Assembly (NCBI GenBank): GCA_938082855.1 | Contig: CALKCC010000082.1 | Location: 179-64,178 of the forward strand | DNA: 64,000 nucleotides | Origin: an uncultured Pirellulaceae bacterium | Lineage (GTDB): Bacteria > Planctomycetota > Planctomycetia > Pirellulales > Pirellulaceae | Reading direction: 5' to 3' | Shown: in pieces, positions 43,537 to 53,396 of the stretch | Layout of the letters: each line of letters opens with the position of its first letter | Position numbering within the stretch: the first letter of the stretch is position 1 | Translations under genes and position numbers: made by a program | Notes under the pieces: model-generated | What the model was told of the DNA's origin: nothing | The model's input: the letters and a program-made list of their open reading frames with translations, nothing else | Databases searched by the model: none

Positions 43537-45585
43537 ATGACTGAACGACGAAAAATACTCGTTACCTCAGCCTTGCCCTACGCCAACGGGCCCATCCATC
43601 TTGGCCATCTGGTGGAATACATCCAGACGGATATCTGGGTGCGGTTTCAAAAATTGCGCGGCCATGAGTGTATCTATCTTTGTGCCGATGATACCCACGG
43701 TACAGCGATCATGATGAGTGCTCAGCGGACCGGTTGTACCGAAGAAGAATGGATCGCCGGAATCTCGGAAGAGCATCAACGCGACTTCGCTGGATTCGGT
43801 GTTGAGTTTGATAACTACGGAAGTACAAACAGCCCTGAAAACTACGAGCTCTGCAAAGAATTCTGGCAGGCTTTTCGCGAGGCGGGGCTGGTCAAAGAAG
43901 AAGCTGTCACCCAGCTGTTCGATGAAGAAAAGGGCATTTTTCTGGCGGACCGGTTTGTAAGTGGGTCTTGCCCGAAGTGCGGTGCGGAAGAACAATACGG
44001 GGACAGCTGTGATCAATGCGGCGCAACCTACAGTGCCCGCGAAATCATCAATCCTGTCAGTACGCTATCAGGAACCACACCTACGGTAAAAACCGCTGAC
44101 CATCTGTTCATTCAAATTGAACAGCTTCATGATTTCCTAGAAGAATGGACTCAGTCCGGCACTCATTTACAAACTGAAATTGCCAACTATCTCAAAGGGC
44201 ACTTCCTCAACGAGCCTCTTCGGGATTGGGATGTCTCTAGACCTCAGCCTTATTTCGGATTTGAAATCCCTGATGCTCCCGGCCACTTTTGGTTTGTATG
44301 GTTTGATGCACCCATCGGCTATATGGCTTCCACGAAACAGTATTGTGATCGTACCGGTGAGGACTTTGACGGATGGTGGAAAGATCCAAATACGGAAATT
44401 CATCATTTCATCGGAAAGGACATCACCTATTTTCACACGTTATTCTGGCCTGCGATGCTCAAGGTTGCCAATTTCAACTTGCCAGAGAAAATCCATATTC
44501 ATGGCTTCCTGACTGTCGATGGCAAAAAGATGTCGAAGCGTGACGGTACGTTCGTCAAAGCGGAAACATTCCTCAAACACCTCAATCCAGCTGCACTACG
44601 TTATTACTACGCATCCAAACTCAACAACCGAGTGGAAGACCTCGATCTCAACCTTAAAGAGTTCACTACCAAAGTGAACACTGACCTGGTCGGGAAAGTC
44701 GTAAACCTTGCCAGTCGGACAGCGAAATTCGTTCAGGAGATTGGCCTGGCTGAAACATACCCGGATGACGGAGGGCTATTTCAGCAGGGAGCGGACGCAG
44801 GGAATGCCATTGCTGACGCTTATGAGGCCTGTGATTTTAATCGAGCCATGCGGTTAATCATGGAATTAGCCGATCGTGCCAACCCCTACGTGGAGAGCCA
44901 CGAACCATGGAAACTAAGGAAAGACCCCGAGCGTCAGCAGGAGCTTCAAGCTGTCTGTACTGTCGCTCTCAACCTATTTAGACAAATCGCCATTTACCTG
45001 AAGCCTGTGCTTCCTGAAATTGCCGAAAAGACAGACGCTTTGCTCGGTGAGCCAATCACCGACTGGGCACAAGCAGCGACTCCTTTGACTGGATCTCCCG
45101 TTGCTAAATTTGAACATATGATGAAACGTATTGAAGAGAAAGACGTCGATGCCATGATTGAAGAGTCCAAAGAAGAAAATGCCGCTGCAGCAGAAGCTGC
45201 CAACGAAACACAATTTGCCGATAGTCCTCAGCCATTGATTGATGAACCATTGGCCGAGGAAATTACATTTGATGACTTCATGAAGGTCGACCTCCGTGTC
45301 GCCCGCGTCGTCAAAGCCGAACACGTGGAAGAGGCCAACAAGCTTTTGAAACTGACGCTAAGCCTGGGCGGCGATGAAACGCGACAGGTTTTTGCCGGGA
45401 TTAAGAAAGCCTACAACCCAGAGGACTTAGAGGGCCGACTGGTCGTCATGGTCGCAAATCTCGCTCCTCGTAAGATGCGATTTGGCGTCAGTGAAGGCAT
45501 GATCACCGCGGCAGGACCTGGCGGAGAAGAAGTCTTTATGCTGGGTATTGATGAGGGCGCCCAACCCGGACAGCGAGTTCACTAA
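43537..45585 (+). CDS. metG: Methionine--tRNA ligase with a C-terminal tRNA-binding OB-fold domain
   Basis: 682 aa. HIGH motif (PIHLGHLVE), KMSKS (KMSKRDG), Zn knuckle ([18 protein letters not shown]) and C-terminal [28 protein letters not shown]. Confidence 0.97.
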   Translation: MTERRKILVTSALPYANGPIHLGHLVEYIQTDIWVRFQKLRGHECIYLCADDTHGTAIMMSAQRTGCTEEEWIAGISEEHQRDFAGFGVEFDNYGSTNSPENYELCKEFWQAFREAGLVKEEAVTQLFDEEKGIFLADRFVSGSCPKCGAEEQYGDSCDQCGATYSAREIINPVSTLSGTTPTVKTADHLFIQIEQLHDFLEEWTQSGTHLQTEIANYLKGHFLNEPLRDWDVSRPQPYFGFEIPDAPGHFWFVWFDAPIGYMASTKQYCDRTGEDFDGWWKDPNTEIHHFIGKDITYFHTLFWPAMLKVANFNLPEKIHIHGFLTVDGKKMSKRDGTFVKAETFLKHLNPAALRYYYASKLNNRVEDLDLNLKEFTTKVNTDLVGKVVNLASRTAKFVQEIGLAETYPDDGGLFQQGADAGNAIADAYEACDFNRAMRLIMELADRANPYVESHEPWKLRKDPERQQELQAVCTVALNLFRQIAIYLKPVLPEIAEKTDALLGEPITDWAQAATPLTGSPVAKFEHMMKRIEEKDVDAMIEESKEENAAAAEAANETQFADSPQPLIDEPLAEEITFDDFMKVDLRVARVVKAEHVEEANKLLKLTLSLGGDETRQVFAGIKKAYNPEDLEGRLVVMVANLAPRKMRFGVSEGMITAAGPGGEEVFMLGIDEGAQPGQRVH

Positions 45586-45592
45586 CGCTGGC

Positions 45593-46978
45593 CTACCCGT
45601 CACCCGCTTCCGCTGCACCTAAACGCTTCCCGTCTGTTATGACTGTAACAGGCGGGAAGTCTTCTTTTGCCAAATGAGCAGTCACAGCCGACGCTGCCCC
45701 AACTCCGCGATCATGAGGACTATCAAATCGGAGCGACGCGTAATCCACGCCATTTTCTTCCTGATACATATGGAGCGTTTGAGTCGGATAAGCAAATTGC
45801 ACGTCCAATTGCTGGGCCACTCGAATGATATCTGTAAGCAAACGATGACGCTCTCTTAATTCTGTCGGCCAGTCATCGCATTCAAAAAACATGTACAGCA
45901 GAATGTCGATGCTGCTGGCACCCAACTCGTTGACATACACCTGAAAGTAATCCTTACGCGTGTATGGGTGCCGTTTAATCAACTCACGCACGGCTTCACA
46001 AAAAGCATCTAGTTGCTCCGGCGTCGTGTCGTATTGAACTCCTAACTTGGTAGTAAACCGCCGAAATTCCCGCTTGCCCATGTTATCCACAACGGCGGTC
46101 GTAAGTCGGCTGTTCGGCAATACCATGACCGAATTGTAAAAAGTACGAACACGCGTACTTCGCATCCCCACATTTTCAACAGTACCTTCCACACCGTCAG
46201 AGACAATCCAGTCGCCAATTTCAAATGGCCGGTCTGCCAACACAGTCAGTGAGCCGAAGAGATTGCTTAAGGTATCCTGAGAGGCAAAGGCAAGCGCGGC
46301 ACCCCCAATTCCAAGCCCACCGATTAGAGCGGTCACATCCAACTGGAATACGTCTGCAAATAAGACTAAGCCAACACAAACGGCAAACGCTTTAAAAGCC
46401 TTACGCAATAACGGGACAAGTAGATCATCAAAACGAGTTTCCGATGCGGTGGCCTTCCTGGCGACCATGGTGGCAACCCAATCAATAAATCGGAATGCCG
46501 TCCAAACCGCTGCGACGACGGTAAAAAACTTGAGAGCCACTGTGACAATCAATAGCAAACTCAAAGGCAACCCAAGACAAAAGGCACCCCAATACCAGAC
46601 AACCGCCTGAGCCAGCAATCCTACCGGCTTCCACACTTTACGCTCATTAGTGCGATCATCCGCAGTCTCTTCCTGAGCGTCTCCTCGGCGTAACCAGCCA
46701 ACCACCATTCGAAGGAGTCGACGAACACACAGATCCGTCAGAAAACCTAAGAAGATCAGTACCAGACATCCAATCCATTGATAGTCTGCAAGTAGAAACC
46801 GAGTTGTTTGCAATGACTCGGGAAAGAGCTCCCGAAATCCCTCTGCCCAATGTTCGTTCAATTCGAGAGTTGGGCTGAACGCAAATGCCTCAGTAGATTC
46901 CGGCTCTTGTGCAGTGGCCGGCATTACAAACATACTGATCGTCCCAGTAAGCACGATGGCATTGATTAGCAAACGCAT
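45593..46978 (-). CDS. Mechanosensitive ion channel (MscS family)
   Basis: 461 aa with a signal peptide, TM segments and the MscS core GIGGAALAFASQDTLSNLFGSLTVLADRPFEIGDWI. Confidence 0.9.
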   Translation of the reverse strand: MRLLINAIVLTGTISMFVMPATAQEPESTEAFAFSPTLELNEHWAEGFRELFPESLQTTRFLLADYQWIGCLVLIFLGFLTDLCVRRLLRMVVGWLRRGDAQEETADDRTNERKVWKPVGLLAQAVVWYWGAFCLGLPLSLLLIVTVALKFFTVVAAVWTAFRFIDWVATMVARKATASETRFDDLLVPLLRKAFKAFAVCVGLVLFADVFQLDVTALIGGLGIGGAALAFASQDTLSNLFGSLTVLADRPFEIGDWIVSDGVEGTVENVGMRSTRVRTFYNSVMVLPNSRLTTAVVDNMGKREFRRFTTKLGVQYDTTPEQLDAFCEAVRELIKRHPYTRKDYFQVYVNELGASSIDILLYMFFECDDWPTELRERHRLLTDIIRVAQQLDVQFAYPTQTLHMYQEENGVDYASLRFDSPHDRGVGAASAVTAHLAKEDFPPVTVITDGKRLGAAEAGDG

Positions 46979-47057
46979 AGTCTAAGTCCCCACGCATAAG
47001 GATGGTTATCGCGCAGAGTATATCAACCTTACGGACTCAGTAGATAGGCCGATTGTC

Positions 47058-47837
47058 TTACTCGTGCAGTGAATACGCCCAACGGCGCAATACCGTGCGA
47101 CCTAACAAAGACGTCAGCCCTACCATAGCAATGCCCAGCAGCATGGAAAGCAATATGCTGGCGTACAACACCTCCACCTGGAAATTCTGGCTCCCCATGA
47201 AAATGTAGTACCCCAAACCACGATTACTAATCCCATGCCCAGCCATATATTCACCGACGACAGCTCCCACAATCGTTAGCCCAGCCGATATGCGGGCTCC
47301 CGTCAATAAATGCGGAACCGCGTTGGGCAATTTCAATTTGAGCAACCTCTCGATCCGCCCCGCCTGATATAGCTCCATCAATTCAGCCAATCCTGGATCG
47401 ACGGTAGTCAGTCCTGTCGTGACGTTGGTGACTACAGGGAAAATGCTGATCACCGAAACGATAACAACAACGCTACCTAGTCCTCCTCCAAACCAGATGA
47501 TGACCAAGGGAGCGATCGCGACAATCGGAACGGTCTGCAACAGGATCATGTAGGGATAGACACATTGTTTTGCCAGTCGTGAAGCAGAGAATAGCAATGC
47601 CAAGAGGATTCCCAAACAGATCGAAATTACAAAACCTAGAAAAGCTGCTTGCCCAGTCACCAATGTAGCCTGAAGTAATTCGGATGCTTTACTCCAACTT
47701 TCCGTAGCAATCTCGAGAGGGCTTGGAAGAATGATCCGCTTGATTTCAAAGATCACATCCGCCAGTTGCCAGATGGCAAGTATTCCCACAAGGAAGCATG
47801 CTGGATAGAGGAGCTTTTGCAGCGTCAATCGCTTCAT
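47058..47837 (-). CDS. ABC transporter permease (NitT/TauT-type)
   Basis: 259 aa, 6 TM, with an EAA-like loop (LYQAGRIERLLKLKLPNAVPHLLTGARISAG). 4-nt overlap with the upstream ATPase gene. Confidence 0.9.
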   Translation of the reverse strand: MKRLTLQKLLYPACFLVGILAIWQLADVIFEIKRIILPSPLEIATESWSKASELLQATLVTGQAAFLGFVISICLGILLALLFSASRLAKQCVYPYMILLQTVPIVAIAPLVIIWFGGGLGSVVVIVSVISIFPVVTNVTTGLTTVDPGLAELMELYQAGRIERLLKLKLPNAVPHLLTGARISAGLTIVGAVVGEYMAGHGISNRGLGYYIFMGSQNFQVEVLYASILLSMLLGIAMVGLTSLLGRTVLRRWAYSLHE

Positions 47838-48565
47838 ACCATGGACTCCTGTAGGAACGAGGAGACTTCAGCGACTGTCTGCAGATATCCGGAAGACGCT
47901 CGCAATTCCGGACTTCGTTGTTCCGGAAGTTTGATCGAGACATCCTGGGTTATATCTCCATGCCTGTTCATTACTAAAATTCGGTCACTCAAATAGACGG
48001 CCTCGGACACATTGTGAGTAACGAACATCATGGTGACTTGCTGCTTGCGCCAGATTTCATGAATGAGTTGATTCAGCTGTTGCCTCAATAACTCGTCCAA
48101 TGCCGCAAACGGTTCATCCATAAACATCATATCCGGATTGGTCACCAAAGCCCGAGCCATGGAAACACGCATCCGCATCCCACCGGAAAGCTCGCGTGGG
48201 AATTTATCCAAATCCGCTTCTGCCAGCCCAACCTGACCAATGGTCTCTTTAATCGTATTCAATGAAGATCCACTAGCAGGATCTCTGAGCTCCAATGGAA
48301 GCCGTACATTGTCTTGGACGTTTCTCCACGGCATCAAGGTTGCGTCCTGAAACACGAACGCCGGTGTCTGAAAATCTGTTTTAAAGCTTTCTGACTCGGA
48401 AGGTACCAGTCCGGCGACTGCCCGTAAAAGCGTCGACTTGCCGCAACCGGACGGGCCTACGAGAGAACACCACTGACCTGATGGTATTTGCAGTGATAGA
48501 TCCGTCAGCACTTGCGTTGAGCCTAGCGTCACATTCAGCGATGAAATATCGATTATGTTTTTCAC
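47834..48565 (-). CDS. ABC transporter ATP-binding protein (NitT/TauT-type)
   Basis: Walker A GPSGCGKST, signature LSGGMRMRV and Walker B MFMDEPF. Confidence 0.92.
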   Translation of the reverse strand: MKNIIDISSLNVTLGSTQVLTDLSLQIPSGQWCSLVGPSGCGKSTLLRAVAGLVPSESESFKTDFQTPAFVFQDATLMPWRNVQDNVRLPLELRDPASGSSLNTIKETIGQVGLAEADLDKFPRELSGGMRMRVSMARALVTNPDMMFMDEPFAALDELLRQQLNQLIHEIWRKQQVTMMFVTHNVSEAVYLSDRILVMNRHGDITQDVSIKLPEQRSPELRASSGYLQTVAEVSSFLQESMV

Positions 48566-48676
48566 AAATTCGTCGTATTCAGAGGGTGTTCCGGAACTGA
48601 TTTAATGCTTGACTGCTTTTATAATAGACAACGTCGGCCCATCATTGACCACCAATCGCCTCGGTATTCCAAGACC

Positions 48677-49144
48677 ATGCAAGTTCCGTCCATCCCCAAT
48701 TTGCCGGATCAGATTCAAGTGCAAGGGATCATTCCCGAGGAATATGACTCGGATCAACTGGGAATCGTGATTGTGGACCACGGATCAAAACGCGACGAGA
48801 GCAATCAATATGTTAAACAGATTGCTCTGATATTCAGGCAGCAGACAGGTTTTAAAATCGTCGAGCCTGCGCATATGGAACTAGCTGCCCCTGATATCGA
48901 CGCAGCGTATCAGTCCTGCGTCGCGCAGGGAGCTCGATATATTGTTGTCCATCCATACTTCCTTGCCCCAGGGCGACATTGGCATGAGGATATTCCCGAG
49001 CTAGCACGCATGGCCGCTCAAAAACACCCGAACACGGCTTGCGTCGTCACTCCTCCATTAGGCATTCATGAAGCGATGATCCAAATTATGAACACTCGCG
49101 TTCAGAATGCTCTTCCTTCAACCTCCGAAACAACAAATGACTAA
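48677..49144 (+). CDS. CbiX/SirB-type sirohydrochlorin chelatase (small form)
   Basis: Motifs GIVIVDHGSKR and VVHPYFLAPGRHWHEDIP. The start is taken at ATG 48677. Confidence 0.8.
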   Translation: MQVPSIPNLPDQIQVQGIIPEEYDSDQLGIVIVDHGSKRDESNQYVKQIALIFRQQTGFKIVEPAHMELAAPDIDAAYQSCVAQGARYIVVHPYFLAPGRHWHEDIPELARMAAQKHPNTACVVTPPLGIHEAMIQIMNTRVQNALPSTSETTND

Positions 49145-50123
49145 ATCTATCCTCACCATACTCGTCGTCGCCGTAAGCTTACTAACGGGCTGTCGCTCTG
49201 AGAATGCGCCGACGAAACCTATCACCACTGAATCTTCAGAAGATTCTCTCACGAAGGTTTCGCTGCAACTTAATTGGTTCCCTGAGGCGGAACATGGTGG
49301 ATACTATGCAGCGGCATTACATGGATACTTTGAAGAGGAGGGGTTGGATGTTGAAATCTTGGCGGGAGGTCCCAATAGTCCTGTGATTCAGCAACTCGTC
49401 TCCGGACAGGCAGATTTTATCGTTGGGAATGCCGATCAGGTTCTGACCAGTCGAGCCAAAGAATCTGACGCGGTCGCACTGCTAGCTCCTCTGCAAAACA
49501 GCCCTCGCTGTATCATGGTGCATGAAGAGTCCGGTATAGAAACTCTGGCCGATTTGAAGAGTATGACTTTGGGAATGAGCGCTGGAAGAGCCTTCGCTCT
49601 ATATATGCAAAAACACCTGCCCATGGAGGACATCAAGATCGTCGGCTACCCAGGGAATCCATCCGTTTTCGCCAATGATCAGAATTTTGGGCAGCAAGCC
49701 TACGTTTTCAGCGAACCATTCATTGCCAAGACTCTCGGGGCAAATCCTCGTGCCTTAATGGTCTCCGATATTGGCTACAATCCTTATACCAGCCTATTGA
49801 TCGCAACTCAGCAACGAATCGAGGCTGAACCGGAATTAATCGAGAAGATAGTCCGAGCCAGCCAAAAGGGGTGGATTCACTACCTCAAAGACGCAACCAA
49901 AACCAATGAATACATTCACTCGCTGAATGAAGAGATGGGTTTGGAGATACTAGCCTTTGGAACGGAGACCCTTCAAACACTTTGTCTTCCAAACGATCTC
50001 TCCGAAGATCAGCTTGGCAAGATGACGCTAGACCGCTGGACTCAACTCAGAGATCAATTGATCCAAATTGAATTAATCGACGATACCGTCAATCCAGCCG
50101 ATGCATTCCTGCCAACGGAATAA
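49137..50123 (+). CDS. ABC transporter substrate-binding lipoprotein (NMT1/THI5-like, NitT/TauT family)
   Basis: Lipobox LLTGC. The pattern LQLNWFPEAEHGGYYAA is typical of NMT1/SsuA-like binding proteins. 8-nt overlap with the cbiX-like gene. Confidence 0.85.
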   Translation: MTKSILTILVVAVSLLTGCRSENAPTKPITTESSEDSLTKVSLQLNWFPEAEHGGYYAAALHGYFEEEGLDVEILAGGPNSPVIQQLVSGQADFIVGNADQVLTSRAKESDAVALLAPLQNSPRCIMVHEESGIETLADLKSMTLGMSAGRAFALYMQKHLPMEDIKIVGYPGNPSVFANDQNFGQQAYVFSEPFIAKTLGANPRALMVSDIGYNPYTSLLIATQQRIEAEPELIEKIVRASQKGWIHYLKDATKTNEYIHSLNEEMGLEILAFGTETLQTLCLPNDLSEDQLGKMTLDRWTQLRDQLIQIELIDDTVNPADAFLPTE

Positions 50124-50217
50124 CAGTCATCTAGCAATCAGCTGAAAGTCTTGGATTACCCTCTCTCAATGCTGTATTATCAAGGACAGCAAACCTCTTT
50201 TTCTACGGAATAACAAA

Positions 50218-51216
50218 ATGATACAAACCATGCTTTTGATCGGTGCCATGGATCCTTGGGCAATCGGGGGCCTCTCCATTCTTGTCATTGTGATGCTTGG
50301 GTTCGTCATCATTGCTATTAAATATGGCTCTCTCTGGTTTGAAGGATATAACTGTGGAGCTCAAATAGGATTGTTCGAATTGGTCATGATGGGGTTACGG
50401 CAGGTTAATCAAAAAGCCATCATGAAGGCAAAAATCAAAGCCGTTCAAGCGAGCCTCAAAACAGAGAAAGACAGAACCGCCCGCGTTGAAATCGATGGCA
50501 CGTTTGTCACAACACAACGACTTGAAGCCCATTATCTAGCCGGTGGTGATGTGAGCAAAATCATTGAAGCACTAGTTGCCTCTAAGAATGCCGGGATTGC
50601 ATTGGAATTCGACCAGGCTGCGGCTATTGATTTGGCCGGACGTGATGTTGTCGAAGCTGTGCGAACCAGTGTTGATCCTAAAGTCATCAGCTGTCCAGAC
50701 CCTCAACGAAGTGGAAAGGAATTCTTAAGTGCTGTTGCGAAAGATGGGGTCGAACTCAAGGTGCATGCTCAGGTCACCGTCAGGACCAATCTGGAACAAT
50801 TGATCGGCGGGGCCACAGAAGAGACGATCATCGCTCGCGTCGGTGAAAGTATTATCTCGGCCATTGGCTCGGCTACTTTACATTCGGATGTGCTTCAAAA
50901 CCCAGGAATGATCACTAAGGCCGTTCTCGAACGAGGTCTCGATTCACAGACCGCCTTTGAGATTGTGTCCATTGATATCGCCAGCGCCATTGTCGGTGAA
51001 AATATTGGCTCACGTCTTCAAGTCGATCAGGCTGAAGCGGATACTCGTGTGGCACGAGCCAAAGCGGAGCAACGGCGAGCTGAAGCAATCGCCGTAGAAC
51101 AGGAACAAAAAGCGGAAGTGGTCGGTAATCAGGCCACACTCATTCAGGCGGAAGCAGAAGTCCCTAAAGCGATGGCAGCTGCGTTTCGAACTGGCAACAT
51201 TGACACCAAGGGATAA
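50218..51216 (+). CDS. floA: Flotillin-like protein FloA (UPF0365/YqfA family)
   Basis: 332 aa, collinear with B. subtilis YqfA as I remember it (LEAHYLAGG, AAIDLAGRDV, VTVRTNLEQLIGGATEETIIARVGE, GLDSQTAFEIVSIDIA, QVDQAEAD). Confidence 0.9.
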   Translation: MIQTMLLIGAMDPWAIGGLSILVIVMLGFVIIAIKYGSLWFEGYNCGAQIGLFELVMMGLRQVNQKAIMKAKIKAVQASLKTEKDRTARVEIDGTFVTTQRLEAHYLAGGDVSKIIEALVASKNAGIALEFDQAAAIDLAGRDVVEAVRTSVDPKVISCPDPQRSGKEFLSAVAKDGVELKVHAQVTVRTNLEQLIGGATEETIIARVGESIISAIGSATLHSDVLQNPGMITKAVLERGLDSQTAFEIVSIDIASAIVGENIGSRLQVDQAEADTRVARAKAEQRRAEAIAVEQEQKAEVVGNQATLIQAEAEVPKAMAAAFRTGNIDTKG

Positions 51217-51220
51217 GACT

Positions 51221-52030
51221 ATGCATTCTCGAAGACTCCTTCTTACTATTTGTATTCCTCTGGTTTTTACGGCGATGACACAAGCTGACGACATTTCAGA
51301 AAACCAGCAAAAGCTGTTAAAAACGTTTCGCACCGAGTTTGTAAAAATCACTCCCGGTAAAGGAAAGTTTCCAAAGTCCTTCGAAATGGGCAGCGATTCA
51401 GCGACTCAATCTCCAGTACACAAAGTTACTTTCGAATACTCCTTCTCGGTCGCCAAATACGAAGTGCCTCAGAATCTCTGGGAAGCTGTCATGGGCAGTA
51501 ATCCGTCTCGCTGGAAGGGCCCACGTAACTCGGTGGAGGAGCTCAGTTTCGCCGATGCAGAAGCATTCTGCAAAAAAGCAACTCAGATGATGCAGCAATT
51601 AAAATTGATTGAAAAGAACGAAGCCATTCGCCTCCCCTCTGAATCTGAGTGGGAATATTTTGCGCGAGCGGGAACAACAACAGCATACAGCTTTGGTGAC
51701 GATGCAAAACAGCTGACGGATTACGGTTGGTACACTGGCAATGCAGCGGGCAATGACCCTCCTGTCGGCGTTAAAAAACCAAACGCCTGGGGACTCTATG
51801 ACATCCATGGATACCTTTGGGAGTGGTGTACCGATACTGGTAGCGAATCCTATAAGAACGCTCCGACTGATGGCAGTGCCCGAATCGACTCAAAATCAAA
51901 AATGCGTGTTCTACGTGGTGGAAGCTGGAAAGACGCAGCTGACAAATTGACCAGCAGCTATCGGTCTATTGTCCCTGCTGACTTAAAGGATGATGCCGTT
52001 GGACTCCGCTGTATCTTAGTAACGAAATAA
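51221..52030 (+). CDS. Formylglycine-generating-enzyme (SUMF1) family protein, secreted
   Basis: Signal peptide MHSRRLLLTICIPLVFTAMTQA. Motifs RLPSESEWEYFARAGTTT, GLYDIHGYLWEW and RVLRGGSW. Confidence 0.9.
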   Translation: MHSRRLLLTICIPLVFTAMTQADDISENQQKLLKTFRTEFVKITPGKGKFPKSFEMGSDSATQSPVHKVTFEYSFSVAKYEVPQNLWEAVMGSNPSRWKGPRNSVEELSFADAEAFCKKATQMMQQLKLIEKNEAIRLPSESEWEYFARAGTTTAYSFGDDAKQLTDYGWYTGNAAGNDPPVGVKKPNAWGLYDIHGYLWEWCTDTGSESYKNAPTDGSARIDSKSKMRVLRGGSWKDAADKLTSSYRSIVPADLKDDAVGLRCILVTK

Positions 52031-52058
52031 CACTCTCATCCCTTTTTGGAGATCCTCT

Positions 52059-53342
52059 ATGAGTCGCCAGACCCGTCGATCTTTTTTAGCCAGTAGCGGT
52101 GCCCTCGCTGCTACTCCCTATGTATTTCAAAACACTAATACATTCGCTCAGGAAAACCAATCGGCCAACGATAAGCTCGGCGTAGGTTGCATTGGATTGG
52201 GCGGCCGCGGTTCGGCCATTGCCCGACAAGCGCTTAAACTTGGAACACCAATTGTCGCCTGTGATGTTGATAAAAACCGGGCAGAGGGATTTGCCAAAGG
52301 GGCTGGTAATAATTGTCCAACAACGCAGGACTATCGGCATGTTTTGGATAACAAAGAGGTCGACGTCGTCACGATTGGAACGCCGGATCACTGGCACTCG
52401 AAAATTGCGATCGATGCAATGCGCGCCGGTAAGGACGTGTATTGTGAAAAGCCACTGACATTAACGGTGGACGAAGGGATTAAGATTTGTGAAGTCGTGA
52501 AGGAGACCGGCAAGGTATTTCAGGTTGGTACTCAGCAACGATCTGAATACGGTGGTTCCTTCTTGCGAGCTGTTGCCATCTGTCATTTGGGATGGCTTGG
52601 CGACAATCTTCAAGCCCTGTCCTCTGTGGGCACTGCTCGTCAGGGTGGCCCATTCAAAACCGAGGAACCACCTGCCAATCTCGATTGGAATATGTGGTTG
52701 GGACAAGCGCCTGACACCGATTACATCAAAGAACGGACCCATTACCAATTCCGTTGGTGGTTGGAGTACTCCGGTGGACAGGTAACTGACTGGGGCGTCC
52801 ATCACACCGATATTGCTATGTGGGCCTTAGGCTTACATGAAACGGGCCCTGTCTCGATTGAGGGTGAAGGCACGTTTGACACGCGGCCTAATTGCTACAA
52901 TGTCGCACATACCTTCGACGCCATGATGAAATTTAAGAATGGTAGCTCAATTAATCTAACCAGTGGGAAAAATGAGCTGATCATTGAAGGAACTCAAGGA
53001 AAACTTCGTGTAAACCGAGGTGGAATCACTGGCAAGATCGTTGATGACATCAATGCGGATAAGTCCTTGCAGGAACAGCTTAACGCCAAGATTGAAGAGA
53101 TCTATCGTGGGAAGGTTACTCCACACATGGTCAATTTCTTTAATTGCGTAAAGACTCGCAAACTACCGATTTCCGATGTCTTCACGCATCACCGAAGTGT
53201 GAGTGTCTGTCACCTGGCAAATATTGCTATGCAACTCGGACGCAAATTAGATTTCGATCCTGATAAGCAGCAGTTCAAGTCAGACGATCAAGCCAACTCA
53301 ATGCTTTCCCGAAAGCAACGCGCAGGGTTTGAAATCTCATAG
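52059..53342 (+). CDS. Gfo/Idh/MocA-family oxidoreductase with Tat signal
   Basis: N-terminus SRQTRRSFLASSGALAA, Rossmann motif VGCIGLGGRG and CEKPLT motif. Confidence 0.9.
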   Translation: MSRQTRRSFLASSGALAATPYVFQNTNTFAQENQSANDKLGVGCIGLGGRGSAIARQALKLGTPIVACDVDKNRAEGFAKGAGNNCPTTQDYRHVLDNKEVDVVTIGTPDHWHSKIAIDAMRAGKDVYCEKPLTLTVDEGIKICEVVKETGKVFQVGTQQRSEYGGSFLRAVAICHLGWLGDNLQALSSVGTARQGGPFKTEEPPANLDWNMWLGQAPDTDYIKERTHYQFRWWLEYSGGQVTDWGVHHTDIAMWALGLHETGPVSIEGEGTFDTRPNCYNVAHTFDAMMKFKNGSSINLTSGKNELIIEGTQGKLRVNRGGITGKIVDDINADKSLQEQLNAKIEEIYRGKVTPHMVNFFNCVKTRKLPISDVFTHHRSVSVCHLANIAMQLGRKLDFDPDKQQFKSDDQANSMLSRKQRAGFEIS

Positions 53343-53360
53343 AAACCATTGATAATAAAT

Positions 53361-53396
53361 ACCGCAGGCCGAGTGTTCTCGTACTGCGGTTTTTTC
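53361..53396 (+). terminator. Rho-independent terminator
   Basis: Stem ACCGCAG (53361-53367) / CTGCGGT (53384-53390) with inner CGAG/CTCG pairing, followed by TTTTTT. It lies 19 nt after the stop at 53342. Confidence 0.7.

Noticed and set aside
48609-48625. TTGACT ... TATAAT, a sigma70-like promoter pair upstream of the cbiX-like gene.
   Set aside because: The hexamers are separated by only 5 nt, not ~17 nt, so they cannot act together as -35/-10. Planctomycetal promoter consensus is also poorly defined.
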